Shown piece by piece: positions 1-14,469 of a stretch of 35,940 nucleotides of DNA; position 1 is the first letter of the stretch, and each line of letters opens with the position of its first letter. The stretch is taken from positions 330,520 through 366,459 of the forward strand of contig NW_005201191.1 of the NCBI RefSeq assembly GCF_000372725.1. The letters run 5' to 3'. The translations under genes and the position numbers were made by a program. Source of the DNA: Emiliania huxleyi CCMP1516. Lineage: Eukaryota. The notes under the pieces were generated by a model, which was not told the origin of the DNA, searched no databases, and saw nothing but the letters and a program-made list of their open reading frames with translations.

Positions 1-2158
1 TGGGGGAAGGGAGGGGTGGGAAGAGGTCTAAAGGAGGAAGGGGGACACAACCCGTTCGGGAATCGTGTGTCCCCCGAGTAGTTAGGCCTGTGTCCTACCC
101 AAAGCATGAAAGAGTTTGGGACAGCTGTGCACGGCGGCTGATGGCAAGCGCCGCCTTTGACCACGCAGAGCCGCCGCCTTTGACAACGAAGCCCGCCAAT
201 GCAGTCGCTCGTCGTCGAGTTCTCGCGGCGCGTGCGCGAGCCAGCACAAAATATGAGGGCGAGTGCAGGGGCCAGCCGCGCCACGCGCGGCCACGTGCAC
301 CTCCCAAGCCAACCGCCGCCCCCGCAGCACGACGGTGAGGCGAGCCTCGCAAACGACGCCGAGGGGGCAAAGGTAGCTCTCGCCGGGTGTGCCTCAGCGG
401 CCGCGGGCGAGCAGGGCATGTGCGCGCCACGCGCCGCCGCTCGAGCCGGATCGTACGAGTCTCCCTCCCGCGGCTCGTTGCAGGAGAGCGGGTCGATCCG
501 ATGATGCTCGGTGAAGATGCTCGGTTGGCTCTCGCCAAATGTTTGTCCGACTCGACGTACGGCCCCGGGCGTCGGGCCGTGGCGGCGACGGCAGGCGTGC
601 TCCAGCGCCGCCTCGTGCGCACGCACGCGCAGCGGCGGCGCTTCTGCACCACCCGAGTCGCCGCCCGGCCGAGCGAGGAGCAGAGAGACGACGAGTGACA
701 TGCTGATTCGGCAATCAAAAAAGATTTTTCTTTTTGAGAGCGCCTTCGTGGTTAATAATAATACAGACGGATGGACACTTGCTGTAGCCACACGACACGC
801 ACACACACTCACACCGCACCTTGTATTATACCAAAAGGAGGGCTACACGACGCCCTCTACACACTGGAGCGTGAGAACACCTTTTCATCCCGAGCTCGTC
901 TTTGAGATCGAGGCGGCTCCTCCCAACCTTTGCTCGTCACATCGCGACAGTTTTGGCTGCAACCTCTGGGCTCGTGGATCTCTCGAGGCCAGCTGCCGCG
1001 CCCGCCGCCCAGCGCGAGGGCCGGGGCCCCNNNNNNNNNNNNNNNNNNNNNNNNNNNNNNNNNNNNNNNNNNNNNNNNNNNNNNNNNNNNNNNNNNNNNN
1101 NNNNNNNNNNNNNNNNNNNNNNNNNNNNNNNNNNNNNNNNNNNNNNNNNNNNNNNNNNNNNNNNNNNNNNNNNNNNNNNNNNNNNNNNNNNNNNNNNNNN
1201 NNNNNNNNNNNNNNNNNNNNNNNNNNNNNNNNNNNNNNNNNNNNNNNNNNNNNNNNNNNNNNNNNNNNNNNNNNNNNNNNNNNNNNNNNNNNNNNNNNNN
1301 NNNNNNNNNNNNNNNNNNNNNNNNNNNNNNNNNNNNNNNNNNNNNNNNNNNNNNNNNNNNNNNNNNNNNNNNNNNNNNNNNNNNNNNNNNNNNNNNNNNN
1401 NNNNNNNNNNNNNNNNNNNNNNNNNNNNNNNNNNNNNNNNNNNNNNNNNNNNNNNNNNNNNNNNNNNNNNNNNNNNNNNNNNNNNNNNNNNNNNNNNNNN
1501 NNNNNNNNNNNNNNNNNNNNNNNNNNNNNNNNNNNNNNNNNNNNNNNNNNNNNNNNNNNNNNNNNNNNNNNNNNNNNNNNNNNNNNNNNNNNNNNNNNNN
1601 NNNNNNNNNNNNNNNNNNNNNNNNNNNNNNNNNNNNNNNNNNNNNNNNNNNNNNNNNNNNNNNNNNNNNNNNNNNNNNNNNNNNNNNNNNCGGCAAGCCA
1701 CCCCTGCTCAGACACCCCCCCTTGAAAAGGACGGCGAGGAGCAATCTGTGCCGGGGGCCCCTGCCTGCTCGGCGAGGGCATCCTACTCGAGAGGGCCGTC
1801 GGCGTCCTGGCCTCGAGCTGGCGCGCCGCACGCGCACGCCCTCTGTGCCAGCGCCTCGCCATCCCGCCTCCCTCCGGCCTCTTGCGCCCCCGCCACCTCC
1901 TTCCCCGCCTCCATCGTCGCCGCCGCCTCCCAGTCCGCCCCCTCCGTCGCCCCCACCACCGCCATCGCCACCACCGCCACAAGCCCACCGCCGCCAAGCC
2001 CGCCTCCCCCGTCGCCGCCCCCACCGAGCCCGCCTCCCCCGTCGCCGCCCACTCCCTCACCCCTCTGCCGTCCCCACCACCGCCATCACCCCAAGTGCGA
2101 AGTGCGAAGTGACAAAGGAAACACAACTCTGCTTCAACCTCCGCCACCGAGCACAGAG

Positions 2159-5100
2159 ATGGCGAGCCTGACTGAGTGGCCCGCCAACACTGGACACTAC
2201 TACACCTGGATGAGGGACCGGTGGGTGAGGGTGTGGCTGGACGGGGAGGAGGACGAGGAGTACGGCGAGGAGGAGGACGCCGACGACATGAGGAGCGCGC
2301 GGCGGCACGCGAACTCGTGGGGCGCGGAGCGCGGCGCAAGGCAGCCGCGCTGGCGGCGCGAGGGCAACGAGCGCGGCGAGATTCACAAGCGGCCACGACA
2401 GCAACGGCAGCAGGCGGAGCGCCACCGCCCGGCTGCGGAGTCGACGCGGGCGGTGCAGCTGCATCACTGCAGGCTCGACACGCGCGTCCGCCTGGGCCAG
2501 CGTCCAAAGTACGTCTTCGACAACGCATTCGTGGTGGCCGACATCAAGCGCGTCGACAACGGCGCCCCGCGGGCATTGCTCGTTGCTGGCTCTGTCCGGA
2601 CGGCTGTCGGCGCCCTCGACGACATGGACAGCCACGCGCCGAGGGACATCCTCTTGATCAACGACTCGTCGCGCACCGAGTACGCGCGGCAAGAGACCAA
2701 CGACACCGTCGAGGTGCCGCAGCAGAAAGGCCGGGCCAAGATGGGGTACGCCCTCGCGACCGACCCGGACGTCGCCAACGCGCGGAACGCCTTCTTGTAC
2801 GGTGTCGTCCCCGAGGGCGAAGGGGAGGAGGAGGAGGAGGCGGAGGACGAGGCGGGGGGGGAGGGCGGCGGCGGCGGCGGCGGCTTCGACCTCGGCGGCG
2901 GCGGCGGCTTCGGCCTCGGCGGGTGGGGCAACGTGCTCGCCGACGACGAGTGCGACGATGCGGGCCACGGCGGCTTCGAGGCGTGGACGTCAGACGGATC
3001 GTATTCCGCTCGCCCCACGCGCGGCTTCGACCTCGGCCGCGACGGCTTCAACCCCGACAGGGGCGAGTCGTCGGACGCTGCGCTGCATGACCTCGATGAG
3101 GGGGCTGCCCGCACGTGCGGCGGAGAGGGGCGCGGCGGCGGCGGCGGCGGCGGCAGCGGCAAGGGCGGCGGCAAGGGCGGCGGCAAGGGCGGCGGCAAGG
3201 GCGGCGGCAAGGGCGGCAAGGGCGGCAAGGGCAAGGGCGGCACAGGCATCAAGGGCCAGGGTGGCAAGGGCATGGGCAAGGGAGGCCGCGAGAGCGCGCA
3301 CGCGCCGCGCCCCCCTGCCCCCCACGCTGCGACGGGCGGTGATGCCCATCACACACCTGCGCCAGCGGCAGCGCAGCCGCCGCCCCCGCCGCAGCCGCCG
3401 CAGCAGCCCCAGACGCAGGACGTGCTGGCGCAGATGCAGGCGCAGCTGCTGCAGCAGCAGCAGGCGCTGGCCGCTCTGCAGCGCTCGCAGGCCGGCCTCG
3501 CCGAGGGTGTGGTGCCCGGAGTCGGCGCCGGCTCGACGGTGAGAGCGCAGCCGCCGCCCCTGCGCGCGCGCAGTGGGTCGACCCCATCCCTCATCATCGA
3601 CCTGCACCAGCACCACCCTCGGTCCAGGCTCCACGGGGTGCTCTGCTGGTGGGGTGTGCATGCCCGGACGTGTCTCTTTTGTTGTGTACTGTATGCTGAG
3701 TCTCGTTACGTATCTTCTGCTGGGTGGGGCGGTGGGCCCGAGCGGAGCAAGAGCGGTGTGCGCGGCCACGTAGAAGCTGGTCGCTACGCGGTGGCACCGG
3801 GGTGGGGCGGCTCGTTGTGCGAGTATATGGGCCACGATGTCTCAAATATGAGGGGTTTTGACTCCTACCAGCTCCTGACGCTATCCCNNNNNNNNNNNNN
3901 NNNNNNNNNNNNNNNNNNNNNNNNNNNNNNNNNNNNNNNNNNNNNNNNNNNNNNNNNNNNNNNNNNNNNNNNNNNNNNNNNNNNNNNCGACCTAGGAACA
4001 TAAGCTGTGACCTAACCCTGCGCGCGCGTCTCTCCCCCCACCGTCGGCTCCCTCTCACTCCCGCTGTGCACGCGCGCAGGCCGGCCTCGGCGAGGGTGTG
4101 GTGCCCGGAGGCGTCGCCGGCTCGACGGTGAGAGTGGCTGCGCCGCTGCGCGCCCCTGCTCGCTCGCAGTGGGTCACGTCCCTTCCTCCCCCCCCCCCCT
4201 GCCTCTCCCTGCGCGCGCGTCTCTCCCCCCACCGTCGGCTCCCTCTCACTCCCGCTGTGCACGCGCGCAGGCCGGCCTCGGCGAGGGTGTGGTGCCCGGA
4301 GGCGTCGCCGGCTCGACGGTGAGAGTGGCTGCGCCGCTGCGCGCCCCTGCTCGCTCGCAGTGGGTCACGTCCCTTCCTCCCCCCCCCCCTGCCTCTCCCT
4401 GCGCGCGCGTCTCTCCCCCCACCGTCGGCTCCCTCTCACCCCCGCTCTGCACGCGCTCGCAGGCCGGCCTCGGCGAGGGTGTGGTGCCCGGAGGCGTCGC
4501 CGGCTCGACGGTGAGAGTGCGCACGTTGCGCATCTCTGCTCGCTCGCAGTGGGTCACGTCCCTTCCTCCCCCCCCCCTGGCTCTCCCTGGGCGCGCGTCT
4601 CTCCCCCCACCGTCGGGTCCCTCTCACCCCCGCTCTGCAAGAGCTCGAAGGCCGGCCTCGGCAAGGGTGTGGTGCCCGGAGGCGTCCCCCGCTCGACGGT
4701 GAGAGTGCGCACGTTGCGCATCTCTGCTCGCTCGCAGTGGGTCACGTCCCTTCCTCCCCCCCCCCCTGCCTTTCCCTGCACGCGAGACTGTCCCCCCACC
4801 GGCGGAGCCCTCTCACTCCAGCTGTACACACGCCCAGGACCGGCTCCACCAAGGTGTCATGCCCGGAAGCGCCGCCTCTAACTTGACCGTAAAAATGCGC
4901 CATTTGCGCCCCTGTTCCCTCCCATTGGGTCACACCCCCCCCCCCCCACCNNNNNNNNNNNNNNNNNNNNNNNNNNNNNNNNNNNNNNNNNNNNNNNNNN
5001 NNNNNNNNNNNNNNNNNNNNNNNNNNNNNNNNNNNNNNNNNNNNNNNNNNNNNNNNNNNNNNNNNNNNNNNNNNNNNNNNNNNNNNNNNNNNNNNNNNNN

Positions 5101-5351
5101 NNNNNNNNNNNNNNNNNNNNNNNNNNNNNNNNNNNNNNNNNNNNNNNNNNNNNNNNNNNNNNNNNNNNNNNNNNNNNNNNNNNNNNNNNNNNNNNNNNNN
5201 NNNNNNNNNNNNNNNNNNNNNNNNNNNNNNNNNNNNAGCACGGTAAAGACGCTGCTGGCTATACATATCTGCCCGAAGCAGCTGTGCGCGCCATCGCAGC
5301 CGCAGCGGCAGCGGCGATGCACAACGGTGCGCCGCTGCAGCCGCCGCCCTT

Positions 5352-5383
<32 letters not shown>

Positions 5384-5910
5384 AGCAGCAGCAGCAGCCG
5401 CCGCAGCAGCCGCCGCAGCCGCAGCAGCCGCAGCAGCAGCCGCCGCCGCAGCAGGAGCAGCAGCAGCCGCCGCAGCCGCAGCAGCCGCAGCAGCAGCCGC
5501 CGCCGCAGCAGGAGCAGCAGCAGCAGCCGCAGCAGCAGCAGCCGCAGCAACAGCCACCACCGCCGCAGCAGCCGCCGCAGCAGCCGCAGCCGCAGCAGCC
5601 GCAGCCGCAGCAGCCGCAGCCGCAGCAGCCGCAGCCGCAGCAGCCGCAGCCGCAGCAGCCGCAGCCGCAGCAGCCACCACCGCCGCAGCCGCCGCAGCCG
5701 CAGCAACCGCCGCAGCCGCCGCAGCCGCCGCAGCTGCCGCAGCTGCCGCAGCTGCCGCCGCAGCCGCAGCAGCCGCAGCAGCCGCAGCAGCCGCAGCAGC
5801 CGCAGCCGCCAACCCTGGCGCGTGGGGGCGGCGGTCGTGCGGCACGCGGGCGCGGGCGCGGCCCCCTGCGCGCGGGCACACGATCGGGTGCCCGGGGCGC
5901 GGGAACTTAG
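2159..5910 (+). CDS. Hypothetical low-complexity protein (acidic, Gly/Lys-rich and Pro/Gln-rich); multi-exon model uncertain
   Basis: ATG at 2159 opens a frame (MASLTEWPANTGHYYTW...) with GC3-rich codons to a GT donor at 3539. A P/Q-rich frame (5284-5910) ends in an RGG-like tail and TAG. The link across the gaps and the 190-bp array is inferred. Confidence 0.4.
4017..4930 (+). repeat. Tandem array of ~190-bp units copying the exon end/intron start at ~3475-3580
   Basis: CAGGCCGGCCTCGGCGAGGGTGTGGTGCCCGGAGGCGTCGCCGGCTCGACGGTGAGAG recurs at ~4077, 4268, 4460 and 4648, with a degenerate copy at ~4835. Confidence 0.92.
5337..5810 (+). repeat. (CAG/CCG)n triplet repeat encoding Pro/Gln
   Basis: Uninterrupted in-frame CAG/CCG triplets. 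Confidence 0.9.
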
Positions 5911-6962
5911 TTCGCCTAGAGCCGCTTCTTGCGCGCCTAGAGCCGCGCGCTTGTGGCCGCGCCTAGAGCCGCGCGCTTGTGGCACGGCGCCACTATGTGC
6001 GCCTGTGGCGTCGTGCCGCTCTCCTAGTTCCTAGTTCCCGCGCGCCTGTGGCATTGCGCCGCTCTGCGGCATCGCGCCAGTGAGCTCTCGTAGTTCTTGT
6101 TTGTGGCCCTCGGCATCGTGCCGCTCCCACATACACACAGCTGCAGTACTAGCATGTCCATACGTAGCCCCCCCTTGCCCACTAGTGCTGGGTTGCATGT
6201 GTTAGTCGCGACTGGGGCAGTATGTCAGTATGTAGTTCCCTAGTGCTGGGTTGCATGTGTTAGTCGTGACTGGGGCGTTGTACGTGCGGCGTTGTACGCG
6301 CGTGCACGCATGCTGGTGTGCGTCTTTGCGCGGCTTCGTCGAGATTGAGTTCCCGTACTTGCGTATATGACGCGTAGTAGTTGCGGGCGAGTGTTTTGTT
6401 GTGTTCCTCTCGTTTCGCTCTCCGCAGGCACAGCGCGCACGCCCACCACCCCCCCACGCACGATGCCACCTTGTGACGGTGCCCTGGCAAAATCGTCCCG
6501 ATTTCGATGCGCGATTTAGCTAAGTCCCAGAGCCGTTTACCCATGAGCGGCCCCCCTCACCAGCCTAGGGCTCGCGCTTCTGGCCCGAGGTGTCGCCGCT
6601 GCCTCCCGCGCCCTCCGCGGCGCCTGCTGCTACTGCCGGTCGGCCGGTCGGGTCCGCGCGACGGCTCCATGAGTGATTCTGAGATCAGGTTAGGCGACTG
6701 GCAGACATTTCAAAATCGAGGAGCGCTAGCGACGAGCCCCAGCGCCGGGGTTCGGGGCCGCGTAGGCCCCGAGATTTTCTGGCGCATTTGTGCTTTGAAA
6801 ACACATTTTCCAAGCAAAAAGTGTGCTCTCACATCTCCACAAAAGTCGTGCTGGAAGGCCCCGTTTGCCATTGGTATATACTGTTCGATATTGCCGGTTG
6901 GCTCTCCCCCTCTCGCTCACGCCCCGCGCCCCCTCTACCCCCCCCCCCCGCCCCTCGACCCG

Positions 6963-7292
6963 CTACTTGGTATTGCTATAGTTGTGCTGCATCAGCCTGC
7001 GGTGCGACTCGTCAGAGATCGTAAGCTCAGCTCCTGGTGCCCGGAATTGACGCTGCCACTCGAGATCATGCTCCTGAACGAGTGAAGCTACCGGCAACGT
7101 GACGATCGCGTCCATCATCAGCTTGTAGCTTTTGCGGTCCTGCGCGTCGGAGGTAGAGAGATACCAATGCGCATGGCGCAGATTCTTTGCGACCGGGTCA
7201 CCTGGCAGCTCGAGCCGTTTGACCAGCGCCTCGAACGCATCTCTGTCGGGGATGCGGTAGGCGATGCGATCGGGCGAGACAAGGACCTTCAT
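6963..7292 (-). CDS. Short hypothetical ORF (109 aa) inside the TIR element
   Basis: MKVLVSPDRIAYRIPDRDAFEALVKRLELPGD... has ordinary protein-like composition, unlike the surrounding GC-driven ORFs. No family recognised. Confidence 0.35.
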   Translation of the reverse strand: MKVLVSPDRIAYRIPDRDAFEALVKRLELPGDPVAKNLRHAHWYLSTSDAQDRKSYKLMMDAIVTLPVASLVQEHDLEWQRQFRAPGAELTISDESHRRLMQHNYSNTK

Positions 7293-7873
7293 CGTCGCCT
7301 GCGCCGGCGTACATTGGCGCTCAGCGGGGTGGCTTTCCGAGCGCATTGCCAGTGCGGCGGCGGCCAGAGGGCTTCTGTGTGCCGACACCGCGGAGCGGGC
7401 GCACCGAGGAGAGGCCGAGGGTCAGCACCGCGGCCAGCCACAGCATTGAGGGCGGCGGAGGGCCGCAGCACGCTCGCAGGCAGCCGGCCGCTTCGAGCGG
7501 GCGCCCCCAGCTTCGAGCGGGCGCCCCCAGCTTCGAGCGGGCGCCCGGGGCGGGTTCCCCGCTTCGAACGGGCAGATGCGGCCGGGGATTCGCTTTCTGA
7601 AATGTCTGCCTCCAAAGGGGAAACGACTAACCTGATCTCAGAATCACTCCCATCCTCGAGACGCGGTCGCTGAGCGCTTTCTCGACCGCTACGTCTTCCG
7701 GTGCACCCACCGCGACCCTCGAACCTGCGCTGCGCGGCGCAGTTGCTGCCGAGCGAGCCGCGCAGGGGCGGCATCACCAGACGCTACCGCATGGCCGAGC
7801 AGCGAGCAGTAACTAACCATTCGTGTTGAATTGCCTTATCCGTTATCGCTTATCGACAAACGGGGATTTTAAG

Positions 7874-7926
7874 TGTTGGAGAGTGTGAACTCAAACCTAC
7901 TTCCTGACCGTAGCCTGACCGTCCTT
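7874..7926 (+). mobile_element. Truncated LTR fragment (first 53 bp of the LTR at 16505-16701)
   Basis: TGTTGGAGAGTGTGAACTCAAACCTACTTCCTGACCGTAGCCTGACCGTCCTT is identical to the LTR start, then diverges abruptly. Confidence 0.9.
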
Positions 7927-8419
7927 ACGGTGGCCGGAGCACCACCCACTAGCTGCATGATCACCGGCCGATCACCTGGTCACCGATCACCGGCCTTTGG
8001 AGAGTTGTATAGGACTTATCTATTCAGACGGTGATCGGTGATCAAGTTTCGGCGGCACGTAACGTCCAAAACAAGGCCACGACTGTCGTCCCCCACCTTC
8101 TTAGAGGTATGGGAGCCGCTGGCACCGCGCTGGGCGCCGCGGATGCACGTACGAACGAACATTATGAAATCGGGACGATTTTGACCCAAAAATCACAAGG
8201 TGAGCTGAGCGGCACCACGCCGCAGGTCGGCGCACTGCGATGTGTCCAAATCCGCACGGAGGCCTCACACTCACAGCCGTCCACTCTCTATCTAAGACCT
8301 CGATGCACAGACGCTGGACGCATTACTCACATTATACTCTAGCCCCTTGGGCCCACAGCCACACGCACACCCGTCCAACACAGAGCTGCCATGCGTAACA
8401 CCTGGGCACGGCCCACCAC

Positions 8420-9748
8420 TCACACGAACTGCAGGAACTCTTCGTATGCATCTATAAAGGCGTCATAGTCGCCATTGACAATGTCTGTGTATGCCTCCTC
8501 CGTGTCTCCACCTAGCAGCCTGTGGACGCGCGCAGCGCGCCGGGCCCGTGCGTTGGGTCGCCCGAGGAGCGTGTCAGCGGAGCGCACAAACGCGGGGACT
8601 CGAGGGAGCCGCTGCCCACGCGCCTGCTCGTACTCTCTCGCACCGTCGAAGTTCGGCGGGAGAACGAGCTGCCCGCCTGGGTGCGGATCTCGCGCTGCGC
8701 GCAGGGCGGGGATGCCGCCGGTGCCGGGGCATCCGGTGCGCCCGGCGATGGAGTGCTGGTTCCACGACGCCTTGAGCAGGTCTAGTCCGGCCTGCACAAG
8801 GGGCGTGGCCACCGACGAGAAGGCGTGCACCTCCTGCGCGTCGTTCTTGTCGAGGAGGTCATTCTCTTCCATAAAGTTGATGAGGCGACGGAAGTGCACC
8901 AACACGCGCATGTTCACCTCGCGGTTGAAGCGCTCGACTGGTGTCTAAACGGGACAAGAGCAGGGGTTAGAGAGAGTGGTGCAGCGGACGCCGCAGAGCG
9001 GAGATACGCAAGCGACGTTGCGGGTGGACGGCACAAAGCGGTGCGCGGCGCGCCCGCCCGCGCGCCCAGCCCTGCGCGCGAGCAGCAGGCAGACAAAGGC
9101 GGCCACGTACCACTCCCGCCCTTTGTCAGTGACGATCTGGTCGGGCAGCGCGTCGGCTGCTAGGAAAGGCGCGACAAACTCCTCGTACACCGTGACGGGC
9201 AGCTTGTTCATAAGCGCTGTCAGTGAGTGCACAAAGCGAGTGCGCCCATCGATCGCTACTGCGACAAAGATGCGGTACTCCTGCAGCTTGCACGCCAAAT
9301 CAATGTGCGTGGAGTACATGAAGTACGGCGCGTGGTAGGCGCCGCGTTGAATCCTGCGGTAGCACCAAGACCGGCGGGCGTCGCTCGCCGCAGGGTCAAC
9401 TGCGCGCAGCGCCGCCTGCACCGCCTCGCGCGGCCAGCGCCAGTCGGGGTGGTGCGCTTTCAGCACTCCGAGCAGCATCTTGTAGCCGTAATTCGCGCCG
9501 TGGCGCGTTACCTCGAAGTTCACGATGTCGTTGAAGCGTGGGTGAAGCGGAAGCAGCCGCTCGCGGCCCGAGAGGCCAGCCGCAGCCACGACTTGCTGCA
9601 CGCGCCGCCGCGTGAGGCCAGTGAGCGCAGCCACACGCGCCGTGTCGCGCGAATGCGCAAAGAGGTCGAGGATGTTGGCGCGGCTCGAGCCGTGGTCAAG
9701 GGTGGGTGCAGCGGTGCACGCGGCAGCAAGGAGCAGCGCGCCGTGCAT
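8420..9748 (-). CDS. DDE transposase with integrase-core domain (IS3EU/IS481-like), 2 exons (9748-9017, 8944-8420), ~418 aa
   Basis: N-terminal HTH-like segment (TARVAALTGLTRRRVQQVV), then YGYKML, HIDLACKL (D1), AIDGRTRFV, PDQIVTDKGRE (D2), STRN|TPVERFNRE (E) and WNQH. The 72-bp GT-AG intron (9016-8945) has a CTAAC branch point and joins the two ORFs in frame. Confidence 0.88.
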
Positions 9749-9789
9749 GACGAGAGTGGCCGATCGCCGAAGTCTGTGGCTTCTATTCG

Positions 9790-10220
9790 GGTTTGCTTTC
9801 TCACTTCGAGCTTTTGGTTTCGCAGTTCTCTGTTTAGCCTTCTAATTTCGCATTTTACATTTTACACATGGCACTTCTGACTTTTGGAGATTGAGTTTTG
9901 CATTCTCACTTTGAGCTTTTGGTTTCGCAGTTTTCTGTTTAGCCTTCTACTTTCGCATTTTACGTATGCCACTTCTGACTTCAAGTTGTTTGTTTGCACT
10001 TCTGCACAACGGCCTTCCAAGTTCCGCGCAGCTTTGCTGTTGGCAGTTCCACGTTCCTCACACGGTTAGTGGTTTGCACTTAGGACATGACGGAAGCGAC
10101 TTCTGACTTGTTGCGGTTGACTTTGGAGTTGCTACCTAGCGTTTGTGGTTTCCACTTTGCACTTCGCTGTGCCGACTTCTGCCTTCCCCCTTACGCATTC
10201 ACTGTTCCCACTTCACTTCG
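9790..10220. repeat. T-rich region upstream of the transposase with a ~100-bp direct duplication and ACTT(C/T)(T)G motifs
   Basis: TCTCACTT.GAGCTTTTGGTTTCGCAGTT.TCTGTTTAGCCTTCTA.TTTCGCATTTTAC occurs at ~9799 and ~9904. Similar GCACTT motifs occur at 31745-31790 and, inverted, at 2093-2112. Confidence 0.75.
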
Positions 10221-10259
10221 CCCCTCATAGTGCGCGGACTGGCGGAGCCAACAACGAAC

Positions 10260-10570
10260 ACGCAATCAGGAACCTGCAGTTAAACGCACGAGACGGCCCT
10301 CCAGCACCCCCCTCGTCCCCGACGCTGCCCCCGCCGCCCTCGCCGCCCTTCTCACCGCCGTCGCCGCCGTCCTTGCCATCACCGTTTTCTTCCATTTGCT
10401 ACATCAGCGGCACGTTCGTTAGCAATGAGGGCCGGCGATGGGAAACGCAGACTCCTTTTCAGGTCGACGCCAATACGTATGTCTTCGGAGGCTTTGAAGA
10501 CGTCTGGTTCAAGATGAGAAGCGTAGATGCAACTGGGGTAGCCATCGAGGATCGACATACTTGGGTCGTG
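10260..10570 (+). pseudogene. Fragment of a Pro/Ser-linker extracellular-type protein
   Basis: PPSPPP linker followed by a protein-like stretch (ICYISGTFVSNEGRRWETQTPFQVDANTYVFGGFEDVWFKM). No credible start; truncated between repeats. Confidence 0.3.
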
Positions 10571-10677
10571 GCCCTCCGTAGTATCGCGAGGCGTCCCTCT
10601 TCCCTCGTCTGCAGAGTGTGGCAACCATCTTCCCTCGTGCAAGGACGTATTTTCTTCTCAATAACAAGGCTGTGAAC

Positions 10678-11204
10678 GCCCGTGGGGACCCCGCAATTCC
10701 CTTCCCCCCTCGGAGGGCCGGACTGAGGCGTCGAGGGCCCCGCTCTTTCCTTCGCATAGCGGCCACTCTTCGGATCGCTGGTCGAGCGACCCGGGGGATG
10801 CCCCGCGCGCCTGACCCAGGCGCGAGAAACGAATCTGCGAGGCGTGGCCGCTCATGCGGCCCGATGGGGAGGAAGGAGCGGGGCGGACTACGGGGATCGG
10901 CTCCTTACACCGCCCTTCCCTGCAGCGAGCCCCCTCCAAACCCACCCGCGCTAGGTCGCGGGTTTGACGCATGGGGTCACTCCCGCGAAACCCGTGAACT
11001 AGCCGGGGCAGTCGGAGAAGGGGCAACTCCGTGCACTGACGGTCGGCCGTCAGAAATCACGCCTGCGTGGATCGCGTCACACCAATCCTCGCTACCCAAC
11101 GCGGCCGAAGGATACACCTCGAGAACCTCGAGAGAAGGCTGTGAACATAGGAGGTATTTACCCAACGCGGCCAAAGGATATCCACCTCGAGAACCTCGAG
11201 AGAG
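10678..11204 (+). mobile_element. Dispersed structured non-coding repeat flanked by 31-bp direct repeats
   Basis: GTATTTTCTTCTCAATAACAAGGCTGTGAAC at 10647-10677 and 11205-11235. Reverse-complement homologues at 30640-30969 and 32521-32690. Confidence 0.75.
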
Positions 11205-11341
11205 GTATTTTCTTCTCAATAACAAGGCTGTGAACACAGGGAGCCCTCACCGCGAGACATTGCCTCACCGCGAGCGAGCGAGGTTGCTAAGCGGTTTGTC
11301 AGACTGACTGGAGGACGCCCAACCGCGCAGCGCCTGCCGCG

Positions 11342-14469
<3,128 letters not shown>

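Larger units (their letters stand above)
6467..8202. mobile_element. Non-autonomous TIR element with CAC...GTG termini and nested subterminal inverted repeats
   Basis: CACCTTGTGA (6467-6476) and CAAAATCGTCCCGATTTC (6488-6505) are mirrored at 8193-8202 and 8166-8183. Inner perfect IRs: 23 bp at 6671-6693/7627-7649 and 13 bp at 6700-6712/7598-7610. No clean TSD. Confidence 0.65.

Noticed and set aside
140..698. Short ORFs and a 10-bp hairpin (41-75) at the window start
   Set aside because: No recognisable motifs or supportable gene structure.
902..6034. Very long ORF-track entries spanning N-gaps, and antisense poly-Ala/Arg/Cys ORFs
   Set aside because: Artefacts of N-runs, high GC and triplet repeats.
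7926..7945. TACGGTGGCC as the terminus of the DDE transposon
   Set aside because: No matching inverted end or TSD was found in the window.
5991..10232. CACTATG...CATAGTG with CGC flanks, suggesting a CACTA element
   Set aside because: Only 7 bp match perfectly, the left site lies in a degenerate GC-rich repeat, and the enclosed transposase is not of CACTA type. Chance cannot be excluded.
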